A DNA stretch of 64,000 nt from an uncultured Gammaproteobacteria bacterium (GCA_913065025.1 CAJYAP010000001.1:49545-113544), one strand, 5' to 3'; positions 9,451-20,005 are shown, counted from the first letter of the stretch. The notes: generated from the letters alone by a model not told the origin. Made by a program: numbers and translations.

Positions 9451-9888
9451 ATGAATTTAGTAGCATTATTATCAAAAAATATTAACCCATATGAGTTGAT
9501 AAGAAGTTATGAATCTAAGAACTGTGATTTAAGTTTATCAGGCGCTCAGAGCTTATTTATTGGGTATATGAGGAAAACTAATGATAAAAGAGATGATATA
9601 TCATCAATGACTTTAGAATTTTATCCTGAAATGACCCAAGGCTATCTTGATAATTTAGCTAAAATAGTAAAAGAAAAGAATAATTTGGATAACGTTTTGA
9701 TAGTTCATAGAATTGGTAATGTTAAGATTGGTGATTGTCTTGTGATAGTTGCATGTTGGTCAAAACATAGAAAAGAATGTATTGACGGTGTTAAATATAT
9801 ATTAGAAGATTTAAAACATAATGCTCCATTCTGGAAGAAGGAATATTATTCTGATGAAAGTTCAAAATGGGTTGAAAAAAATACTTAA
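9451..9888 (+). CDS. moaE: Molybdopterin synthase catalytic subunit
   Basis: GA...FIGYMR, LEFYPEM, HRIG, HRK, LKHNAPFWKKE...WV. Confidence 0.94.
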   Translation: MNLVALLSKNINPYELIRSYESKNCDLSLSGAQSLFIGYMRKTNDKRDDISSMTLEFYPEMTQGYLDNLAKIVKEKNNLDNVLIVHRIGNVKIGDCLVIVACWSKHRKECIDGVKYILEDLKHNAPFWKKEYYSDESSKWVEKNT

Positions 9889-11135
9889 ATATAGTTTTTA
9901 AATTTTATGATCTTTACCACATCATTTTTATTGGACTTTCCCTTTTCCACAGGTAGATAAATTAAGCAATTGGCGTTATTCATTGAGCTGAGTATTCCAG
10001 ATCCTTGCTCACCAACAGTTTTGACAAAATACTTATTATTTTTCATTGTGTATATTCCTCTCTGTAGTTCAGCTCTTCCTTGTCTTTTCTTGAGATTTGA
10101 TAAAAGTATTGCTTCATCTGTAACAAGCTCGTAACTCTTTCCAGCTAGTAAATATATAGTGGGTAGGACAAATAAGAGGAATGTAATCATAACTGAAACA
10201 GGGTTTCCAGGAAGTCCAAAAAAAATAGTATCTTTTATTTTTCCAAAAGCTAAAGGCCTTCCTGGTTTCACAGCAACTTTCCAAAAATTTATATTACCTA
10301 GAGATTTAACAACATCTTTTATATAGTCTGCATCACCGACAGAAACACCTCCGGTAGATATTACAATATCTGATTTTTTTACAGCTATCTTAAATTTATC
10401 TTTTATATCTCTTATATTGTCTTTTGCATGACCCAAATCAATAACATCTATATTATGTTTTGCAAGCATTCCAGTTAATGTGAATCTATTGCTATCATGA
10501 ACTTTTCCGTATGGAAGTTTTTTATCTACAGGAACAACTTCATCCCCAGATGTAAAGAAGGAAACTTTTATTTTTTTAAAAACTTTTACTTTACTAATAC
10601 CTTGAGATGCTAGAAGACCCATCGATGACGAATTAATAATATGAAATTTTTTAATCAAAACTTTGTTAGGTTTAATATCTTCGCCTGCAAATCTAATATT
10701 TTGATATATTTTTACATTTTTAGAATTTATAATTATATTATCATTATTTAATTTACTAATTTCTTCCTTCATTATTACAATATTGCAGTCTTTAGGTAGA
10801 ACAGCACCAGTCATAATTTTCACACATTCATTTTTCTTGATTTTTCCCTTAAAAGGGGAGCCAGCTAAAGATATTCCAATAATTTTTAGATTTTTATTAT
10901 TTGCTAAGCTTTGGATATTCAATGCATAACCATCCATTGCAGAATTATCATAATTAGGTACTTTTAATTTAGATTTTATATTTTCAAACACAGTTCTGTC
11001 ATGAGAATCAATTAAATTAACATATTCGTAAGTGCTAATTTTTTTAGTTAATTTTTTAATTTTTGCAAGAGCATCCTCAATTAATATTGAATTTGGATCA
11101 TAGTCATCCATGCAGCTATATATTTTTTTCTTCAT
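9885..11135 (-). CDS. moeA: Molybdopterin molybdenumtransferase (gephyrin-like MoeA)
   Basis: SAMDGYA, IMTGAVLP, SGDE, DSN, STGGVSVGDADY, KPGRP, LPGNPVS, QGSG. Start taken as ATG 11135, just past the Smr stop. Confidence 0.95.
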   Translation of the reverse strand: MKKKIYSCMDDYDPNSILIEDALAKIKKLTKKISTYEYVNLIDSHDRTVFENIKSKLKVPNYDNSAMDGYALNIQSLANNKNLKIIGISLAGSPFKGKIKKNECVKIMTGAVLPKDCNIVIMKEEISKLNNDNIIINSKNVKIYQNIRFAGEDIKPNKVLIKKFHIINSSSMGLLASQGISKVKVFKKIKVSFFTSGDEVVPVDKKLPYGKVHDSNRFTLTGMLAKHNIDVIDLGHAKDNIRDIKDKFKIAVKKSDIVISTGGVSVGDADYIKDVVKSLGNINFWKVAVKPGRPLAFGKIKDTIFFGLPGNPVSVMITFLLFVLPTIYLLAGKSYELVTDEAILLSNLKKRQGRAELQRGIYTMKNNKYFVKTVGEQGSGILSSMNNANCLIYLPVEKGKSNKNDVVKIIKFKNYI

Positions 11136-11136
11136 G

Positions 11137-11490
11137 TTAATTAATATTTTTAAGTTGGATATAAACAGCTCCTGTGCCACCATCTCTCTGCTGAGCTGAA
11201 TGATAAGCTAATATATTTGGATTGTATTGTAAATACTGATCTACAAAATTTTTGAGCTTTGGACCCTCAACTCCAGAGCCGTAACCTTTACCATGTATAA
11301 TAATGCCTACTAAATTCCCTTCCATCTGCAGTTTTGGCAGCCATATATCTAAAAAATTTTCTGCTTCAATTAGATTTTTCCCATGTAAGTCAATTTCAAA
11401 GGCTATTTCAAGCTCACCTTTTTTTAATCTTTGAAACCTTTTTCTTTGGAATCCTGGTTTGCAATTTCCAATTATATTATTTTCAACCAT
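11137..11490 (-). CDS. Smr/MutS2 domain protein
   Basis: IDLHG, IIHGKG, DGGTGAVYI. Confidence 0.9.
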   Translation of the reverse strand: MVENNIIGNCKPGFQRKRFQRLKKGELEIAFEIDLHGKNLIEAENFLDIWLPKLQMEGNLVGIIIHGKGYGSGVEGPKLKNFVDQYLQYNPNILAYHSAQQRDGGTGAVYIQLKNIN

Positions 11491-11531
11491 AACGCTTCAT
11501 CTAAGTAATAATTTAAGTATAATCATCACAT

Positions 11532-12257
11532 ATGAAAATATTATTGTCCAATGATGATGGTTACCACGCTAGTGGAATTCAGGTTCTAATTAAACAATTA
11601 GAAAAAAATCATGATATTTATGTAGCTGCACCTTCAATAAATCATAGTGCTGGTAGTAGTGCACTTTCTGTTCGTAAAGATATTGAGGTAGATAATATTA
11701 AAAAAAATCATTATATCATCGATGGCACACCTGCAGATTCTGTTCATATTGCCCTAACATGTTTGATTGAAGATAAAATCGACATGGTTGTCTCTGGAAT
11801 TAACCTAGGCGCGAATCTTGGTGATGATGTTATATACTCTGGAACAGTAGCTGCTGCTTTGGAGGGTAGACATTTGGAAATGTCGCCAATTGCATTTTCT
11901 TTGGTATCACAATCAAATATAAGTCTTGAGAAGGCTGCATTTGTAAGTTCAGAAATTATTGAGAAAATAATATCTAACGAAGATATATCAAGGAAAACTT
12001 TACTTAATGTTAACATTCCCGATTTTGATATTGATAACACGTTATTTGATTATACGAGACTAGGTAAAAGAGGCTTACCATTGCCCGCAGTTAAAGTAAA
12101 AGATAACTCTATTTACAAAATAGGTGCAGCAGGTTTGCCCGAAGATAATGGAATTGGTACAGATTTTTACTCGATTGATAACAATAAAATATCTATAACC
12201 CCAATTACTTTTGATTTAACTAATAAAAATATATTAAATATAATTTTAAATAAATGA
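11532..12257 (+). CDS. surE: 5'/3'-nucleotidase SurE
   Basis: SNDDG, GTPAD, SGINLGANLG, YSGTVAAA. Confidence 0.96.
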   Translation: MKILLSNDDGYHASGIQVLIKQLEKNHDIYVAAPSINHSAGSSALSVRKDIEVDNIKKNHYIIDGTPADSVHIALTCLIEDKIDMVVSGINLGANLGDDVIYSGTVAAALEGRHLEMSPIAFSLVSQSNISLEKAAFVSSEIIEKIISNEDISRKTLLNVNIPDFDIDNTLFDYTRLGKRGLPLPAVKVKDNSIYKIGAAGLPEDNGIGTDFYSIDNNKISITPITFDLTNKNILNIILNK

Positions 12258-12922
12258 GCGTAGATTTTAAAAAGTTTTCAGGAGTAGGCATGACATCTGA
12301 CTCCTCTAGAGAAAAACTTATTTTATTTCTAGAAAAACAGGGTATAACAAATAAAAAAGTTTTGCACTCTATGCGTGTTATTCCAAGACATATTTTTGTA
12401 GATGAAGCTATTTCAAGTAAAGCGTATGATAATACTGCTTTGCCAATTGGAAAGTCACAAACAATATCGCATCCTTTGATAGTTGCTAAAATGACAGAAA
12501 TTATTATGTGTCATAATCCTAAAAGGGTATTAGAAATTGGCACTGGCTCGGGATATCAAGCATCAGTATTATCACTGCTAGCTGATAAAGTTTATACCAT
12601 TGAAAGAATAGAGTATCTTCATAATATTTCAAAGAATCTCTTTAGGAAAATTGGTTTTAAAAATATATACCCTAAATACTCAGATGGTAATACAGGCTGG
12701 CCTCAAAAAGCACCTTTTGATGCGATAATAGTTACAGCTGGAGCAGCAAATATTCCCGATGCATTAATTGATCAGTTGTCAGATAATGGAGGAATACTAG
12801 TATCTCCAGTAGAGAATAATGGAAAACAGTATTTGAAGTCTTTAATTAAAACAGAAGGTAATTATAAAGAAAAAATTCATGGTATTGTTAATTTTGTTCC
12901 TCTACTTAACGGGATTTCATAA
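12254..12922 (+). CDS. pcm: Protein-L-isoaspartate O-methyltransferase
   Basis: PRHIFV, QTIS, VLEIGTGSGY, APFDAIIVTA, FVPL; follows surE. Confidence 0.95.
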   Translation: MSVDFKKFSGVGMTSDSSREKLILFLEKQGITNKKVLHSMRVIPRHIFVDEAISSKAYDNTALPIGKSQTISHPLIVAKMTEIIMCHNPKRVLEIGTGSGYQASVLSLLADKVYTIERIEYLHNISKNLFRKIGFKNIYPKYSDGNTGWPQKAPFDAIIVTAGAANIPDALIDQLSDNGGILVSPVENNGKQYLKSLIKTEGNYKEKIHGIVNFVPLLNGIS

Positions 12923-13497
12923 TGAAATTTTTTACAAATATATATGATTATGTAATAGGTTTGGCTTATAAAGAAAAAGTTACCAGATATCTTTATGGTT
13001 TAAGCTTTATTGAATCATTTATATTCCCTATACCTCCTGATATTTTATTAGCACCAATAGCTCTTACAAAAAAATATAATTGGATTAAAATTGCCTTTAA
13101 TACAACTTTATTTTCTGTATTAGGAGGATTAGTTGGTTACATAATAGGGCTATATTTGTACGAATCATCAATATTAAATAAAATCGTAGAAGAAAATATT
13201 TTTATTGAGGTTAAAAATCTTTTTCTTGAGCATGGATTTTTGATTATGATAATAGCTGGTTTTACTCCACTTCCATTTAAGGCATTCACAATCACAGCAG
13301 GATATATGTCAATAGCACTAATTCCATTTGTTATATCTTCTTTTATTGGAAGAGGATTAAGATTTTTTATTGTAGCAGCCATATTCCACTATTTTGGTCT
13401 TATTATGGCAAATCGAATTAAAAAATATTTTGAGTACATAGGCCTGATAATTACTTTTATTTTAATATATTTTGTATATCTTAAATACTATGATTAA
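12922..13497 (+). CDS. YqaA/DedA (VTT domain) membrane protein
   Basis: SFIESFIFPIPPD, GFTPLPFK, GRGLRF. Confidence 0.88.
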   Translation: MKFFTNIYDYVIGLAYKEKVTRYLYGLSFIESFIFPIPPDILLAPIALTKKYNWIKIAFNTTLFSVLGGLVGYIIGLYLYESSILNKIVEENIFIEVKNLFLEHGFLIMIIAGFTPLPFKAFTITAGYMSIALIPFVISSFIGRGLRFFIVAAIFHYFGLIMANRIKKYFEYIGLIITFILIYFVYLKYYD

Positions 13498-13500
13498 ATT

Positions 13501-14232
13501 ATGAAAAAAAATTTATATTTAATTATATGTTTTTGTACCTTAATATTAGTTTCAGGGTGCACAAAAATACATAAACACTCAGCAAAAGATCCTTATCCTG
13601 AAAAAAAACCAAGAAAAGAAAGAGTTTATTTTACTTATGGTATGAAATCTAAAAAAGCCTCAGCTTCTGGAGATACTTATATTGTTAAAAAAGGAGATAC
13701 TTTGTATTCTATTTCTTTATTGTATGATGTTAATTATATAAAAATTGCAAAATGGAATAATATTAAGAGCCCATATAGAGTATCTATTGGAGACCAGATT
13801 ATTATTAAGTCTAATAAGTACAGAAAAAAAATTACAAAAAGTAAGAAAAAAATAAAATTTGCTAGTAATATAAAATGGGTAAGACCTCACAATGGAAGAG
13901 TTTCTAAAGAATTTTCATACAGCGATGTAGGAAAGAAAGGTATTGATATATCAGGAAATATTGGGGATAAAATTTATTCATCCTCTGGTGGAATAGTTGT
14001 TTATGCAGGAAATGGAATTAAAGGTTATGGAAATTTAGTTATTATTAAACATAACGATACTTTTTTAACAGCATATGCACATACTAATAAAATTCTCGTG
14101 GAAGAAGATAGTGTGGTTGAAAAGGGTGAAGTAATAGCTGAGTTAGGTGATACAGACTCTATTAAGCCGCTCTTACACTTTCAAATAAGAAAAAATGGAA
14201 AATCTGTTGATCCTGAAAAATATTTGCCGTAA
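13501..14232 (+). CDS. nlpD: LysM + M23 lipoprotein NlpD (amidase activator)
   Basis: Lipobox LVSGC, LysM (YIVKKGDTLYSI), degenerate M23 (KGIDI, GYGNLVIIKH, YAH, LHFQIR). Confidence 0.88.
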   Translation: MKKNLYLIICFCTLILVSGCTKIHKHSAKDPYPEKKPRKERVYFTYGMKSKKASASGDTYIVKKGDTLYSISLLYDVNYIKIAKWNNIKSPYRVSIGDQIIIKSNKYRKKITKSKKKIKFASNIKWVRPHNGRVSKEFSYSDVGKKGIDISGNIGDKIYSSSGGIVVYAGNGIKGYGNLVIIKHNDTFLTAYAHTNKILVEEDSVVEKGEVIAELGDTDSIKPLLHFQIRKNGKSVDPEKYLP

Positions 14233-14604
14233 TTAATTAAAAATAAAAAAACTTAAAAAATCTCTTTTCTCTGATAATAAAATATTATGACTACTACAGG
14301 CAGAACTTATATTCATTACTTCTACACCAACATTCATTTGGTTTAATTTTAAAATAATTGGTGTTTTATCAATGCAACCTGTATTATTTAGAGCTATAAT
14401 CACTAAGTCTGCATTATTAGATATATTTTTAATGATTAATTCTTTTGTGATATTACTAGTATTTAAATTACATTTAATAATAGAATTTTCAGGAGGAACT
14501 ATTACATTATAGTTATATTCTTTATCTAACACAGTTATAGATGATTTTGTGTAAGATTTAATAATGTTAGAATTTTTTTCTAAAATTTGTTCATTAAATT
14601 CCAT
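14233..14604 (-). CDS. Mth938-like (DUF498) protein, divergent
   Basis: GVEVMNISSACSSHNILLSEKR resembles the GVEVMDT-AACRTYNIL-EGR motif; sits divergent from alaC. Confidence 0.7.
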   Translation of the reverse strand: MEFNEQILEKNSNIIKSYTKSSITVLDKEYNYNVIVPPENSIIKCNLNTSNITKELIIKNISNNADLVIIALNNTGCIDKTPIILKLNQMNVGVEVMNISSACSSHNILLSEKRDFLSFFIFN

Positions 14605-14647
14605 TTAAATAATATAGCACAAATTAATTTCAATTAGTTACTTAAAA

Positions 14648-15820
14648 ATGCCAGAAGAATTTTACAGAATAAATAGACTTCCACCATATATTTTCAACAT
14701 TGTTAATGAGCTTAAGATCTTGGCTAGAAAAAATGGTCATGATATTATAGATTTTGGTATGGGAAATCCTGATCAAAAAACTCCTGATCATATAATAAAA
14801 AAAATGCAAGAATGTTCTGATAAGGATAGTGTGCACAGATATTCTAGCTCTAAGGGTATACCAAGATTGAGAAGGGCGATATCAAACTGGTATGAAGAAA
14901 AATTTAATGTATCTATTGATCCTGAAGAGGAAGCTATAGTAACTATTGGATCAAAAGAAGGTCTTGCACATTTAGCATTAGCAACATTAAATCAAGGTGA
15001 TTCTGTAATTGTTCCTAGTCCTGCATATCCAATACATCCCTACGGTGCTGTTATTGCAGGAGCTGAAATAATATATATTAATGTTCATGATGACGATGAT
15101 TTATTTTTTAGCTCACTTGATACAGCAATTAACAATTCATGGCCTACACCAAAAATGATTATTGCCAATTTCCCGTCAAATCCTACAACAAGATGTGTTG
15201 ATATAAATTTCTTAACAGAGTTAGTGAGAATTGCAAAAAAATATAATATATATTTAGTTCATGATATTGCTTATGCTGACATAGTGTTTGATGATTATAA
15301 GGCTCCATCAATACTTCAGGTAGATGGCGCAAAAGATACTGCTGTTGAATTTTATACATTATCAAAATCATATAATATGCCAGGATGGAGAATAGGATTT
15401 ATGTGCGGTAATAAAAAGTTAGTTAATGCTCTATCAAGAATAAAATCATACTTAGACTATGGAACATACACTCCACTACAAGTTGGAGCAATTGCTGCAT
15501 TAGAGGGCTCCCAAGACTGTGTAGAGGACATTAGATTGATGTACAAAAGTAGAAGAGATTCATTGTGTAAAGGTCTTAACGATATTGGGTGGGCAGTTAC
15601 ACCTCCAAAGGCTACAATGTTTGTATGGAGTGAAATACCAGATAAATACAAATCTCTAGGCTCACTAGAATTTAGTAAGATGTTATTAAAAGAAGCCAAT
15701 GTAGCTGTATCACCAGGCATAGGTTTTGGAAAACACGGTGATGATTCCGTAAGGTTTAGCTTGATAGAAAACGAACAAAGAACTAAGCAAGCTGTAAGAA
15801 GTCTAAAAAGTATTATATAA
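14648..15820 (+). CDS. alaC: PLP-dependent class I aminotransferase, alanine transaminase AlaC type
   Basis: RLPPYIF, GMGNPD, TIGSKEGL, FPSNPT, SKSYNMPGWR, VSPGIGFG. Confidence 0.9.
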   Translation: MPEEFYRINRLPPYIFNIVNELKILARKNGHDIIDFGMGNPDQKTPDHIIKKMQECSDKDSVHRYSSSKGIPRLRRAISNWYEEKFNVSIDPEEEAIVTIGSKEGLAHLALATLNQGDSVIVPSPAYPIHPYGAVIAGAEIIYINVHDDDDLFFSSLDTAINNSWPTPKMIIANFPSNPTTRCVDINFLTELVRIAKKYNIYLVHDIAYADIVFDDYKAPSILQVDGAKDTAVEFYTLSKSYNMPGWRIGFMCGNKKLVNALSRIKSYLDYGTYTPLQVGAIAALEGSQDCVEDIRLMYKSRRDSLCKGLNDIGWAVTPPKATMFVWSEIPDKYKSLGSLEFSKMLLKEANVAVSPGIGFGKHGDDSVRFSLIENEQRTKQAVRSLKSII

Positions 15821-15829
15821 TACAATTCT

Positions 15830-17152
15830 ATGAATAATAAAAACAAAATAAATATTGGTGTAGCTGGCCTTGGTACTGTTGGATGCGGAGTAATAAATCT
15901 TTTAAAAAAAAATAAAGTAGAAATCTTCAAAAGAACAGGTTTTGAAATTTCCATAGTAAGTGTTTCGGCAAGTAACAAAGATAAAAAAAGAGACTGCGAT
16001 ATAAAAGGTTTAAATTTTTACACAGACCCATTAGAAATGGTACGTAAGGAAAATATAGATATTCTTGTAGAATTAATAGGTGGTGAAAGTGTTGCTAAAG
16101 AGTTAGTTATAGAGGCTCTAGAAAAAAAAATACATATTGTAACTGCAAATAAAGCTCTCATTGCACTTCATGGTAATGATATTTCAGAAATTTCAAATAA
16201 GCAAGGATGTGACGTTGCATTCGAAGCATCAGTTGCTGGAGCAGTTCCAATAATTAAAGTTATAAGAGAATCGTTGAATGCTAATGAAATTGAATGGGTT
16301 GCAGGTATAATTAATGGAACAACAAATTATATTTTAACAGAAATGTTAAAATCTAAAAAAAACTTTAATATCGTTTTAAAAGAAGCTCAAGATTTAGGTT
16401 ATGCTGAAGCAGACCCATCTTTTGATGTTGGCGGCATTGATGCTGCACATAAATTAACTATATTATCCTCAATATGCTTTGGTATTCCACTTAATTTTAA
16501 ATCAATATATATAGAGGGTATTGAAGATATAGAGCTTGATGATCTAAATTATGCTAAAGAACTTGGTTACGCTATTAAGCACTTAGCAATAGGTAGAAAA
16601 AATAAAGACGGTATTGAGTTAAGAGTTCATTCGTGCCTAATACCTAAAACAAGATTAATTGCAAATGTTGATGGTGTAAAAAATGCTGTAGTAGTGTCTT
16701 CTGATTCGGCTGGGCCAACATTATACTATGGAGCAGGAGCTGGTAGCTTAGCAACAGCGTCATCTGTTGTTTCAGACATAATAGACATATCCAGAAAAAT
16801 TTTATCAAACTCAAATAATATTATTCCTCTTTTAAGTTACCAGAGAGATCAACTTCAAAATAAAAATATATTAAATATTAATGAAATTGAATCTCGATAT
16901 TACTTAAGAATTAGGGTGACAAATAAACCTGGTGTACTTGCAGATATAACTAAGATTTTTGGTAGCAAGTCTATTAGTATAGAATCAATTCTTCAAAAAG
17001 AAGATTTAGTAAATGATGAAAATGTACCAATAGTGCTTGTTACACACGAAGTTATAGAAAAAAATATTATAGATGCTTTAAAAGATATAGAGAAATTAGA
17101 TGTTGTTAAAGGAAAAATTATTAAAATAAGAATAGAAGAGCTCGAATCTTAA
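15830..17152 (+). CDS. hom: Homoserine dehydrogenase with ACT domain
   Basis: GLGTVG, VTANKA, FEASVAG, GIINGTTNYIL, GYAEADP, C-terminal ACT (NKPGVLA). Confidence 0.96.
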   Translation: MNNKNKINIGVAGLGTVGCGVINLLKKNKVEIFKRTGFEISIVSVSASNKDKKRDCDIKGLNFYTDPLEMVRKENIDILVELIGGESVAKELVIEALEKKIHIVTANKALIALHGNDISEISNKQGCDVAFEASVAGAVPIIKVIRESLNANEIEWVAGIINGTTNYILTEMLKSKKNFNIVLKEAQDLGYAEADPSFDVGGIDAAHKLTILSSICFGIPLNFKSIYIEGIEDIELDDLNYAKELGYAIKHLAIGRKNKDGIELRVHSCLIPKTRLIANVDGVKNAVVVSSDSAGPTLYYGAGAGSLATASSVVSDIIDISRKILSNSNNIIPLLSYQRDQLQNKNILNINEIESRYYLRIRVTNKPGVLADITKIFGSKSISIESILQKEDLVNDENVPIVLVTHEVIEKNIIDALKDIEKLDVVKGKIIKIRIEELES

Positions 17153-17153
17153 T

Positions 17154-18539
17154 TTAGGAAATATTTTTTATTATATAATCTTTTACTAGCTCACTACTAT
17201 TTTTTAAATCTATATATTTTTCTTCTGAACTCAGCATACTTTCTAATTTTTTAGGTTGATATGGATATATGCCAATTGAATCTTTTATCGAATTTGGAAA
17301 CTTAGCCGGGTGAGCGCATGCTAGTGCAATATTAATATCATCATTATCTAAGTCACTTAATATATTTAAACTTGTAGCGGTATGAGGATCAGAAGTATAA
17401 TTAAATTTATTATAAAATTCCTTAATAGTCTTTGACGTTAGTTCGTCATTTATACCCTTAGATTTATAATACAATTTTAAATTATTATGTATTTTCCCTT
17501 TAAGATCATACTTTTTATTTATCATAAATGACTTCATTAGCTCAGATAATTTAGATGAATTATAATCAAGAGACTCAAATAGTTGTCTTTCAAAATTACT
17601 TGATATTTGAATGTCCATACTAGGACTAATTGTTCTTTTAACATCTTTAAGCGACATATCTCCATTGGCTATTGTTCTATGCATAATATCATTAGAGTTT
17701 GTTGCCACATATAACTTATTAATAGGTAAGCCCATGATTCCAGCAGTGTGTGCTGCGTAGACATTTCCAAAATTTCCAGTTGGGATAATAAAGTTTACCT
17801 TTTTATCAAACTGCGATGCTTGTAAATATGCCCAATAAAAATATACAGATTGTGAAGCTATTCTTGCCCAGTTTATAGAGTTAATAGCTGATAATGTTGT
17901 TATTTTTTTTAGACCATCAGATACAAATAAATTTTTTACAATATTTTGACAATCATCAAATGTTCCATCAATAGCAATGTTGAATACATTTTTTGAAGTT
18001 ACAGTAGTCATTTGTTTCCTTTGTATGTCAGAGGTTTTATTTTTTGGATGAAGAATAAATATATTTATATTATCTTTATCTTTGCATGCATCAATTGCTG
18101 CTGAGCCAGTATCTCCCGATGTTGCCCCAATTATCGTTATATTCTTATCCTTTTTCTTTAAATAGTATTGAAACAAATTTCCAAGCATTTGTAGGGGGTA
18201 ATCCTTGAAAGCATATGTTGGGCCATGGAAAAGCTCTAGAATATATTTATTACTCTCGAGATTTACTAATGGAGCTACTTTTTCATGAGTAAAAATTTTA
18301 TAGGTATCATAAGCTATTTTTTCAAGCTCTGATTTTGATATTGTGTCTCCAACATAATTTATAAGAATTTTTGTAGCTAACTCAGGGTAGGTAATATCCT
18401 TATTATTAACAATTTCATCAATATTAATTTTTGGCCAGGTTTTGGGCATATATAAACCACCGTCTGAGGCTAAACCTTCTATTATAATTTCATCAAATGT
18501 TTTATCTAATTTAGAATTTCTTGTACTGCAGTAATTCAT
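17154..18539 (-). CDS. thrC: Threonine synthase
   Basis: GLASDGGLYMP, ELFHGPTYAFKD, ATSGDTG, NSINWARI, PTGNFGN, SPSMDI, AHPAKF. Confidence 0.96.
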   Translation of the reverse strand: MNYCSTRNSKLDKTFDEIIIEGLASDGGLYMPKTWPKINIDEIVNNKDITYPELATKILINYVGDTISKSELEKIAYDTYKIFTHEKVAPLVNLESNKYILELFHGPTYAFKDYPLQMLGNLFQYYLKKKDKNITIIGATSGDTGSAAIDACKDKDNINIFILHPKNKTSDIQRKQMTTVTSKNVFNIAIDGTFDDCQNIVKNLFVSDGLKKITTLSAINSINWARIASQSVYFYWAYLQASQFDKKVNFIIPTGNFGNVYAAHTAGIMGLPINKLYVATNSNDIMHRTIANGDMSLKDVKRTISPSMDIQISSNFERQLFESLDYNSSKLSELMKSFMINKKYDLKGKIHNNLKLYYKSKGINDELTSKTIKEFYNKFNYTSDPHTATSLNILSDLDNDDINIALACAHPAKFPNSIKDSIGIYPYQPKKLESMLSSEEKYIDLKNSSELVKDYIIKNIS

Positions 18540-18543
18540 TTTT

Positions 18544-19926
18544 TTAGTTTTTCTTTAACGTTAGTTTTTTAGCTAAACCTATGTAGTCTTTTGGCTCTAA
18601 CTTAAGTAATTTAGCTTTTATTGTTTTATTTAAATCGGATTTATTAATAATATCTTTAATTACGTCTTTATTTATTTCTTTACCTCTCGTTGCTTCCTTA
18701 ATAATATCGTAACTGTTGTCTACATTGTGGTATCTCATTACCGTCATTATTGGTTCAGCTAATATTTCCCAACTCATAGCTAAGTCTTCATTTATTTTTA
18801 AAAGATTAATATCAATTTTATTCATTCCTTTAATTAGCGACGATATTGATATATAAAAATGTGAATATATAACACCTAAATTTCTCAGAACCGTCGAGTC
18901 TGTGAGATCACGCTGAAGTCTTGACGACATTAATTTTCTACTTATTGATTGAGAAAGAGCAGAAGTAATCTCTAAGTTACCCTCAGCATTTTCAAAGTTT
19001 ATTGGGTTAACTTTATGTGGCATTGTGGAAGATCCAACCTCAGATTTAATATTTTTTTGTTTAATGTAATCTAACATTATATAAATCCACATGTCCTTTG
19101 AAAAATCTAAAAGTATATTTGAGATCATAGTTATATCGTTAAGAGATTCAGCAAGCCAATCATGATTTTCTATTTGAGTTGTATATTGATTTTGTTTGAG
19201 ACCTATACTTTTTAGAAATTTTTTTGTCTCAATATCCCAATTTATTTCAGGAAGAACAAAATGATGCGCATTGTAGTTCCCAACAGCTCCATTCATTTTT
19301 GCAAAAATATCTCTCTTTTTCATATATATGAATTGTTTTTCAATTCTCGATGTGAATACCTTTAACTCTTTACCAAATGATGTTGGTGATGCTTTTTGGC
19401 CATGTGTCCTTGATAGCATTGGTATGTTTGCGTATTTAATTTCATATGTTTTTATAATCTTACAAAGATCACTAATTTTTTTAAGAAGAATTTCTCTAGT
19501 ATCTTTGTACATCAAAGCATATGAAATATTATTAATATCTTCTGATGTTGCACAAAAATGTATTAGTTCTTTTTTATTTTTAAGAGTTTTGTGACTATCG
19601 AATTTACTTTTTAGAAAATACTCCACAGATTTGACATCATGATTTGTTTTTTTTTCTATATCTTTTATTTTAATAGCGTCTTTTATACTAAACTCTTTAT
19701 CAATTTTTAGTAAATAGTCTTTTTCAGATTTATTTAAACTAAATTTTTTCTTAATAGGAGCTAACGAAGATAAAAAAATAAACCACTTTATTTCAATATA
19801 GAGTCTTTTTTTAATTAAACCATATTCACTATTGATGTCACTTATTTTTTCATCAATTTGTGATGCATACCTTCCGTCTATTGGAGATATCGCTTTTAGT
19901 GAGAATTCATTATTTTTATTAGTCAT
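18544..19926 (-). CDS. purB: Adenylosuccinate lyase
   Basis: SPIDGRY, TNHDVK, RTHGQ, GSSTMPHKVNPINFEN, SRLQRDLTDSTVLRN. Confidence 0.97.
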   Translation of the reverse strand: MTNKNNEFSLKAISPIDGRYASQIDEKISDINSEYGLIKKRLYIEIKWFIFLSSLAPIKKKFSLNKSEKDYLLKIDKEFSIKDAIKIKDIEKKTNHDVKSVEYFLKSKFDSHKTLKNKKELIHFCATSEDINNISYALMYKDTREILLKKISDLCKIIKTYEIKYANIPMLSRTHGQKASPTSFGKELKVFTSRIEKQFIYMKKRDIFAKMNGAVGNYNAHHFVLPEINWDIETKKFLKSIGLKQNQYTTQIENHDWLAESLNDITMISNILLDFSKDMWIYIMLDYIKQKNIKSEVGSSTMPHKVNPINFENAEGNLEITSALSQSISRKLMSSRLQRDLTDSTVLRNLGVIYSHFYISISSLIKGMNKIDINLLKINEDLAMSWEILAEPIMTVMRYHNVDNSYDIIKEATRGKEINKDVIKDIINKSDLNKTIKAKLLKLEPKDYIGLAKKLTLKKN

Positions 19927-20005
19927 TTGTTAAGTTTGCAGTAGTAATATACGCTTAGATTATACTATAATTATATTAATAATGTTAAATAAGAGATATA
20001 ACAAT

